A stretch of 64,000 bases of DNA, from assembly GCA_016194705.1 (NCBI GenBank), contig JACQAZ010000015.1:4771-68770 (forward strand), in the 5' to 3' direction. The notes below the pieces were generated by a model, which saw nothing but the letters and a program-made list of their open reading frames with translations, searched no databases and was not told where the DNA came from. Position 1 is the first letter of the stretch. Each line of letters starts with the position of its first letter. The position numbers and the translations under genes are program-made. The stretch is from Elusimicrobiota bacterium (lineage in GTDB: Bacteria; Elusimicrobiota; Elusimicrobia; UBA1565; UBA9628). Below are positions 58,235-64,000 of the stretch, piece by piece.

Positions 58235-60337
58235 CTATTTGTTCTGTGGAGGAGCGACGCGGCGCGAGAGCAGGAAATACCCGGCCGCGGTCAAGGTGCA
58301 GTAGATCCCGAGGCCGATAAAGGCCGCGGAGCCGAAGAGCTGGAACAGGATGCCCCAGACCATGAAGTTGACGACATAGGAAAGGTTGGTCAAGGTCCGG
58401 TCGGCGCCCACGACATAGGCCTTGGTCCTCTTGGGCATGCGGTCGAGCAGCAAGGTGTCGAGCTGGGTCAGCGCGACCTGGCCCGTGTAGCCGATCAGGA
58501 TCAAAGCAGGGGACACCGCGAAAAGCGGCCAGATCAGCCACGAGGCGACATGGGCCTTGGCGAGCAGCACTCCCCCGCCGATGGCGGCCAGCGCGATCCA
58601 TTTCAGCGACTTCAGAAGAGTCGTCTTGGACGCGAACTGGCCCTTGCGCCAAGCCCATATCCCGAGGGCGGCCAGTCCGACGAGTCCCGCGATGCCGATG
58701 AAGGGCGCGGCCGCCATGACGGGCCCGGCCACCGTGCCGATCGAGACCTGCGAGACGAACAGCCAGCCGCTCAGCATGGTGAGCGCCGCCCAGCGCAGGG
58801 CCTTGGCGGCGCTGGCCGACATGAGCTTGGACTGCGCCGCGGGCCGCTCCTTCTCGGGCAGGCTCTCGGTGCTCTCCTCGATGCTGCGCGAGACCGCCGC
58901 GTTGGTCAGCGCCGCCCCGTTGGCGCCCATCCCCAGCAAGCCGATCAATGCCGAGGCCGCGGCGGCCGCCATCCCCATGTTCCCGTGCGCGAAGAAGACG
59001 CCGAAGGCCGTGCCCGTGACGTAATAAAGCAGATAGACGAAGTTGTTGATCAGCAGGCGCGCGAGGAACAGAGGCCTCATCTCCGGCCGGAACAAGCGCT
59101 TGAAGCCGGCGAACAACGGAACCTTGCGCATGCGCCCCGAAAGCATCTGCGGCAGGCTGCGCAGGGCGAACGCGAGAGCCGCGGCCCCGGCGAACAAGAA
59201 GGGTGCGGCGTAGATCACGGCGCCGAAGCCCTTGGTCGCGATGAGCAGGCCCGTGATCATCGTCGTGAACACGGTGCCGTACTCGACGAAGTCGCGCAGC
59301 GTGCCGAAGCGGTTCGAGGCGACCGGGGAATCCTTGAACCACTCTCCCTGCAAAGTCCGTTCGGCCACGCGGCCCATCGAATGCACGAAATAGTCGAGGC
59401 TGAAAAGCGCGATCAGGGGCGCGATCGGCATCACGCCGTGGTGGGAGTGGAAGATGTAAGCGACGCCGGCCCAGATGAACGCGCGAGAGGCCAGCACGGT
59501 CCGGTAGACCCGGGCCAGCCCGACGCGCTGCACGAGCCGCCCGCCGAGGAAGCTGCCGATCGCGTAGGCGAGGTAGCTCGTCGAGGCCAGGCCCGCCAGC
59601 GCGATGAAGCCGTTCTTGAGCGGGTCCGTCATTTGAGGGACCGCAAGGGCCAGCGATTCGACGGCGAGTTGGATCAACAGGAAGGTCGAGAAGAAGCCCA
59701 AGACCTTGCCGGACAGGACCGAGAGCTGCTCTTTCTTCGAGGGAGCGGGAGGCCCCTTCGGGTCCTCGGCTGGAGCCCGGCTTGCCTTCTCAAGCGACGG
59801 CGCCGCGGCGACGCCGCCGGTAATCTCGGCCGGCCCGGATTTGCGCACGAACCCGCGCTCTTCGGCGTGCTCCCAGACGCGCTCCTCGAGTCCGCCCTTG
59901 TTCTCGCGTCCCAACCCGCCGAATTCGCCTTTCCCGGCGGGTAGAGCCTCTGTCAGGCCCGCGGCTCCGGGAGTCTCAAGGCCCGGAGCGATGCCCTCCG
60001 GAGAGGCTCCCGGGACGACGGGGGCTCCGATCTGGACCCCCGCGGGATTGACGAGCGCGGTCGGAAGGGGCGTCTGCTGCGACGCTGGACCGCTCGTCGG
60101 CGCTTCGCTCCCGGGCACCGCGAGGGTCCCGCCGACCCCGGCCGTCGCGAGAGGATCGAGGTTCGTCGCGCCGAGCTCGACGCGCGGGAGCCCTCCGGCG
60201 GGATTGGCGGGCGCGGGGCGTGGCGCCGCCGAAGGGGCTGGGGCCGGCTTCTCGACGAGGCCCCCGCCGGCGAGCGCGGGCTCAGCGGCCAAAGCCAGGC
60301 TCAGCAGAGCTGCCAGCGCGCGGCTAAGAATCCTCAC
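58235..60337 (-). CDS. MFS transporter with ~230-aa Pro/Ala-rich N-terminal extension
   Basis: Twelve TM helices in the C-terminal 470 aa. N-terminus carries a signal-like segment and a PA-rich low-complexity region. Confidence 0.7.
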   Translation of the reverse strand: MRILSRALAALLSLALAAEPALAGGGLVEKPAPAPSAAPRPAPANPAGGLPRVELGATNLDPLATAGVGGTLAVPGSEAPTSGPASQQTPLPTALVNPAGVQIGAPVVPGASPEGIAPGLETPGAAGLTEALPAGKGEFGGLGRENKGGLEERVWEHAEERGFVRKSGPAEITGGVAAAPSLEKASRAPAEDPKGPPAPSKKEQLSVLSGKVLGFFSTFLLIQLAVESLALAVPQMTDPLKNGFIALAGLASTSYLAYAIGSFLGGRLVQRVGLARVYRTVLASRAFIWAGVAYIFHSHHGVMPIAPLIALFSLDYFVHSMGRVAERTLQGEWFKDSPVASNRFGTLRDFVEYGTVFTTMITGLLIATKGFGAVIYAAPFLFAGAAALAFALRSLPQMLSGRMRKVPLFAGFKRLFRPEMRPLFLARLLINNFVYLLYYVTGTAFGVFFAHGNMGMAAAAASALIGLLGMGANGAALTNAAVSRSIEESTESLPEKERPAAQSKLMSASAAKALRWAALTMLSGWLFVSQVSIGTVAGPVMAAAPFIGIAGLVGLAALGIWAWRKGQFASKTTLLKSLKWIALAAIGGGVLLAKAHVASWLIWPLFAVSPALILIGYTGQVALTQLDTLLLDRMPKRTKAYVVGADRTLTNLSYVVNFMVWGILFQLFGSAAFIGLGIYCTLTAAGYFLLSRRVAPPQNK

Positions 60338-60434
60338 GAATAGATTCTATCGCACCGGGAGACGGCCGAAGTGGGTCCTTCGACTGCACAGGAGGGAGTC
60401 AATGGGCCCGCGCCGACGGTCCCCTTCGTCCTAC

Positions 60435-61373
60435 CTAGCGCCGGCCGATCTTGGCGCCCGGATTGACGGCCTTGCCGTCCTTATTGCGGACCTCGAAATG
60501 CAGGTGCGGGCCCGTCGAGAGGCCCGTCGAGCCGACCTTCCCGATCAAGGTCCCGCGGTTGACCTTCTGGCCGGGCTTGACGAGGATCTTCGAGAGGTGG
60601 CCGTAGCGCGTGGTCCAGCCGTCGACGTGGCGGATTGTGATGAGCTGCCCGTAGCCCTCGACCCAGCCGGCGTCGACGACCACGCCGCTCTTGGCCGCGT
60701 AGACCGGGCTGCCGTAGGGCTTGGCCATGTCGTAGCCGTCGTGCATCCTCTTGCGCTTGAGGATGGGGTGGTAGCGCGAGCCGAAGCCGGAGCTGATGCG
60801 GTACGAGCCCGTGATCGGAAGATGGTAGGTGTCGAAGTTCGGCACGGCGAACTTCGTGATCAGGATGCGGCTGCCTCGGGGAAACTCGTACTCGTTGACC
60901 AGAAGGCTGCCGGGCAGCCGGTTGGCGAGCACGATGCCCTCCTCGCAGGCCTGGCGGCGCCTCTTGTCGCCCTCCCGGCAGAATCGGGCGGCGACGCGCT
61001 CGAAGGTCTCGCTGTCCTTCTTGACTTCGTAGAGCTGGCCGACCCGGTTATAGACCGTCAGCTTGCGGCCGACGCCGAGGATGTAGAGCTCGTCGTTGTT
61101 GGTCGCCTGCAGGCTGGCCGTCGTCGTGCCGTATTTCTTGGCGATGGTGAACGCGCTCTGTTCCCCGCGGACGATCTTGTGCTCGGTCCAGACCACGCGG
61201 TGCAGGGTGCGAAAGACCTCGGGAGAGGGCTCGTCGGGACCCGCCGGCGTCATCACGGAGTAGCGCGACCAATCGTACGGGGCCACCGCGGGAGAGGCCC
61301 GTGTGGCCACGGCGAGCACGAAGGCACCGAGTGCCAGCTCGACGGCGACGGCCGCTTTCTTGCCCCCCCTCAT
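60435..61373 (-). CDS. M23-family (LytM-like) peptidase with LysM domain
   Basis: Start MRGGKK directly after the rho stop. LysM-like segment [19 protein letters not shown]23 motifs [15 protein letters not shown] and HLHFE. Confidence 0.8.
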   Translation of the reverse strand: MRGGKKAAVAVELALGAFVLAVATRASPAVAPYDWSRYSVMTPAGPDEPSPEVFRTLHRVVWTEHKIVRGEQSAFTIAKKYGTTTASLQATNNDELYILGVGRKLTVYNRVGQLYEVKKDSETFERVAARFCREGDKRRRQACEEGIVLANRLPGSLLVNEYEFPRGSRILITKFAVPNFDTYHLPITGSYRISSGFGSRYHPILKRKRMHDGYDMAKPYGSPVYAAKSGVVVDAGWVEGYGQLITIRHVDGWTTRYGHLSKILVKPGQKVNRGTLIGKVGSTGLSTGPHLHFEVRNKDGKAVNPGAKIGRR

Positions 61374-62731
61374 CCGTTGGCGAGGTTGGAGACTTCCATC
61401 GACCTGAGGAAGTCCTTGTTGGACTTGGTGGAGAGCAGCTTGTCGCGCATGAGCTCCATCGACTCGATGGACGGCAGGGGTGCGAGCACTTTGCGCAGAA
61501 TCCACATCTTGTTGATCTCGTCCTCGGAGAGAAGCAATTCCTCCTTGCGGGTGCCGGAGCGGTTGATCTCGTAGGACGGGAACATGCGGCGGTCGGCGAG
61601 CTTGCGGTCGAGGTATATCTCCATGTTGCCCGTGCCCTTGAACTCCTCGAAGATGACCTCGTCCATGCGGCTGCCGGTGTCGACGAGCGCGGTGCCGATG
61701 ATGGTCAACGACCCGCCTTCTTCGATGTTGCGCGCGGCCCCCAAGAAGCGCTTGGGGCGCTGCAGGGAGGTCGCCTCGAGGCCGCCGGAAAGAACGCGGC
61801 CCGATGACGGGGTGCAGGTGTTGTAGGCGCGCGCCAGACGCGTGATCGAGTCGAGCAGGATCACGACGTCCTTGCCGAGCTCGACTTGGCGCTTGGCCTT
61901 CTCGAGGACCATCTCGGCCACCTGGACGTGACGTTCGGCGGGCTCGTCGAAAGTCGAGGCCACGACCTCGCCTTTGACGCCGCGCTGCATCTCGGTGACC
62001 TCTTCGGGGCGCTCGTCGATCAGGAGCACCATGACGACCACGCCCGGATGGTTGGCGATGATCGCGTTGGCGATCTTCTGCAAGATCACGGTCTTGCCGG
62101 TCTTGGGAGCGGCGACGATCAGGCCGCGCTGGCCCTTGCCGATGGGCGCGATGAGGTCCAGCAGCCTTGTGGTCAGCTCGGTGCGGTCGGTCTCGAGGGT
62201 GAAGCGCTTCTCGGGATGTAAAGGCGTGAGGTTGTCGAAGAAGGGACGGTCCTTCATCGTGTCGGCCTCGATGCCGTTGACCTTCTTGACCTGCAGCAGC
62301 GCGAAGAAGCGTTCTCCCTCCTTCGGAGGGCGAACGAAGCCGGCGACCAGGTCGCCCTTGCGCAGGCCGAACTTCTTGATCTGGGACGGCGAGATGTAGA
62401 TGTCGTCGGGACCCGGCAGGTAGTTGTAGTCCTGCGAGCGCAGGAAGCCGAAGCCGTCGGGCAGGATCTCGAGCACGCCCTCGTCGTAGATCATCCCGTT
62501 GGCCTTGAGCTGGCCCTCGAGGATCTTGGCGATGAGCTCCTGCTTGCGCAGTCCCGAAAGGGCCTCGAGCTTGAGGTCCTTGGCGATGTCGCCGAGCTGC
62601 GCCATCGTCAGCTTCGAGAGCTGAGTGACGTCGAGCGATTTCACGGGCGTCGCGGGCGCGGGAGCGGGCGCGGCCGCCTGCGGGGGCTGCGGGGTCTTGG
62701 TCGTGCTTTCCATTCGGCGTTCCTCCGTCAT
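61370..62731 (-). CDS. rho: Transcription termination factor Rho
   Basis: Walker [13 protein letters not shown], plus the RNA-binding OB-fold and Q/R loops. N-terminal Pro/Ala-rich extension. Confidence 0.95.
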   Translation of the reverse strand: MTEERRMESTTKTPQPPQAAAPAPAPATPVKSLDVTQLSKLTMAQLGDIAKDLKLEALSGLRKQELIAKILEGQLKANGMIYDEGVLEILPDGFGFLRSQDYNYLPGPDDIYISPSQIKKFGLRKGDLVAGFVRPPKEGERFFALLQVKKVNGIEADTMKDRPFFDNLTPLHPEKRFTLETDRTELTTRLLDLIAPIGKGQRGLIVAAPKTGKTVILQKIANAIIANHPGVVVMVLLIDERPEEVTEMQRGVKGEVVASTFDEPAERHVQVAEMVLEKAKRQVELGKDVVILLDSITRLARAYNTCTPSSGRVLSGGLEATSLQRPKRFLGAARNIEEGGSLTIIGTALVDTGSRMDEVIFEEFKGTGNMEIYLDRKLADRRMFPSYEINRSGTRKEELLLSEDEINKMWILRKVLAPLPSIESMELMRDKLLSTKSNKDFLRSMEVSNLANG

Positions 62732-63345
62732 GTCGGGCTCTGCTGCAAAAGCGTCAAGGCTGCGTGGTACTGGCCGACTCGGCGCAAAAATTCGGTCTTG
62801 GACCCGGCGTTGGGGACCACGACGTCCGCTCTCCTGGCTTTCACGGCGTCGCTCAGCTGCGCCTTCATGCGGCGCAGCGCCTCGGCGGCGGCCAAGCCGC
62901 GCCGCTTGAGGCGCGCAAGGCGCGCCGCGCGCGGGGCCGTCACGAGAATGGTGAAATCGAATTCGTTCGCGAGCCGCTTCTCGAACAGCAGCGGGACGTC
63001 CGCCACCACGACGCCTCGCGCCCGGCCGATAAGGCGGCGCAGCTCGCGCATGATGATCGGATGGGTCGCGGCCTCCAAGCGGCGCCGGGCCGCGGGCTTC
63101 ACGAACACCTCGGCCGAGAGCTTGGCCCTGTCGAGGCGTCCATCGGAGTCGAGCACGCGCCCACCGAATGCCCGCACGATCGCGCGGTAGCCCGAAGCGC
63201 GGGTACGGGCCTGTTCATGCGCGATCTCGTCCGATGATATCGTAGTCGCGCCCCGCCGCCGGAAGGCGGACAACGCCAAGCTCTTGCCTGAACCGATCCC
63301 TCCGGTCAAGCCTACGAGAAGCCGTCTGCGATCTCTTATCTTCAT
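62728..63345 (-). CDS. coaE: Dephospho-CoA kinase
   Basis: P-loop [11 protein letters not shown]. Confidence 0.85.
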   Translation of the reverse strand: MKIRDRRRLLVGLTGGIGSGKSLALSAFRRRGATTISSDEIAHEQARTRASGYRAIVRAFGGRVLDSDGRLDRAKLSAEVFVKPAARRRLEAATHPIIMRELRRLIGRARGVVVADVPLLFEKRLANEFDFTILVTAPRAARLARLKRRGLAAAEALRRMKAQLSDAVKARRADVVVPNAGSKTEFLRRVGQYHAALTLLQQSPT

Positions 63346-63385
63346 CGTCTTCGCAAAGAGTGAAAAGGGTGAAGGCCTGGCACCA

Positions 63386-64000
63386 TTAGTGTTTCATCCT
63401 GTCGGAGTAGCGCCGCATGATGGCGCGCTCCTCCTCCGTCAGAGAATCGAGCCCGCTGACCAGGATCTTGTCCAGGATGCGGTCGATCTCGGCCATGGAG
63501 GACTCGGGCTCGGCGTCCTGCGCGCGGGCGCGCACCGCCGTCGGCCGCCGAGAGACGCGCGGAGCTTGGGGCTGGCCCGCGATGCGAGCCCAGAGCCCCT
63601 TGGCTTGAATCTTCGCGATCCACCACCAGCGGATGTAGAGGTAGCCCGTCACCATGCCGCCGAGATGGGCGAAGCGGGCGATGCCCGGCGTCGAGCCCGA
63701 AGTGCCGGCGAAGAGCTCCATGAGCCCGTACAGGATCGCGAAATGCGAGGCCTTCAAGGGGATGACGAACCAGAAGAGCACCACGGCGTCGGGGAAGAGC
63801 ATCGCGTACGCGGTCAGCAGGCCGAAGATCGCGCCCGAAGCTCCGATGACGGCCATCGAGGAATGCGGCAGCAGCGCGACCTGCGCGATGGCCCCGCCGA
63901 GACCGCAGAGAAAATAATACTTGAGGAAATCCCACTGGCCCCATTGCCCCTCGACCGGCATTCCGAACATCCACAGGCCGAAGAGGTTGAAGAGCAGGTG
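63386..64000 (-). CDS. Rhomboid-family intramembrane serine protease (N-terminus beyond window end)
   Basis: Catalytic GASGAIFGL (GxSG) and His in AHLGGMVTGY. The N-terminal TM helices are missing, so the gene continues past position 64000. Confidence 0.7.
   Translation of the reverse strand, partial: HLLFNLFGLWMFGMPVEGQWGQWDFLKYYFLCGLGGAIAQVALLPHSSMAVIGASGAIFGLLTAYAMLFPDAVVLFWFVIPLKASHFAILYGLMELFAGTSGSTPGIARFAHLGGMVTGYLYIRWWWIAKIQAKGLWARIAGQPQAPRVSRRPTAVRARAQDAEPESSMAEIDRILDKILVSGLDSLTEEERAIMRRYSDRMKH

Overview
High-GC (~70 %) bacterial chromosomal window with no rRNA, CRISPR array, integrase or transposase; every call below rests on reading the six-frame translations by eye, with no database searches run. 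The supplied ORF track is dominated by antisense and off-frame artefacts typical of GC-rich DNA (for example the 1530-aa ORF at 141..4733). I call about 55 genes and one tRNA-Pro(TGG). These include: a partial GT-C-type membrane glycosyltransferase; a REC-domain/β-propeller protein coupled to an OMP-LysM protein; two paralogous small Cys-motif proteins with conserved 5'UTRs; an OMP/α-β-hydrolase/PAP2 operon; a ferredoxin; a cell-wall remodelling neighbourhood (C39-SH3-NlpC/P60 hydrolase, DUF1287, Gp49/XRE toxin-antitoxin pair, AmiC-like amidase); a GAF-PAS/thioredoxin-like/YjbQ/hydrolase operon; nth; a family-5 ABC substrate-binding protein; a giant 1809-aa secreted protein; sdhCAB; a choline/betaine-type operon (APC permease, IMPase-like, choline-kinase-like, dimethylglycine-oxidase-like); an orphan Phd/YefM; a PHP-domain membrane protein; an amidohydrolase; a FecR-like protein; and a long minus-strand block (radical SAM, GT2, histidine phosphatase, MFS, M23-LysM, rho, coaE, rhomboid). 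The strongest candidates for undescribed biology are: (1) a six-gene operon with 4-nt overlaps at every junction, sdhC-sdhA-sdhB followed by an ankyrin-repeat caspase-like (C14) lipoprotein, an ArfB-like GGQ peptidyl-tRNA hydrolase and DUF2203; (2) a 1280-aa signal-peptide-bearing LonC-like S16 protease with a degenerate Walker A and an internal ~85-aa tandem duplication, whose upstream region shares a GGNCC/CCTAGG-type palindromic motif family with the promoter of (3) a cluster of signal-peptide-bearing ATP-grasp and proline-dehydrogenase-like enzymes, a nucleoside phosphorylase, and a convergent radical-SAM(SPASM-like)/GT2 pair. Further observations: a low-GC purine-rich island carrying an 8-bp inverted-repeat operator beside the orphan Phd, and a lower-GC Gp49/XRE + DUF1287 insert among peptidoglycan hydrolases.
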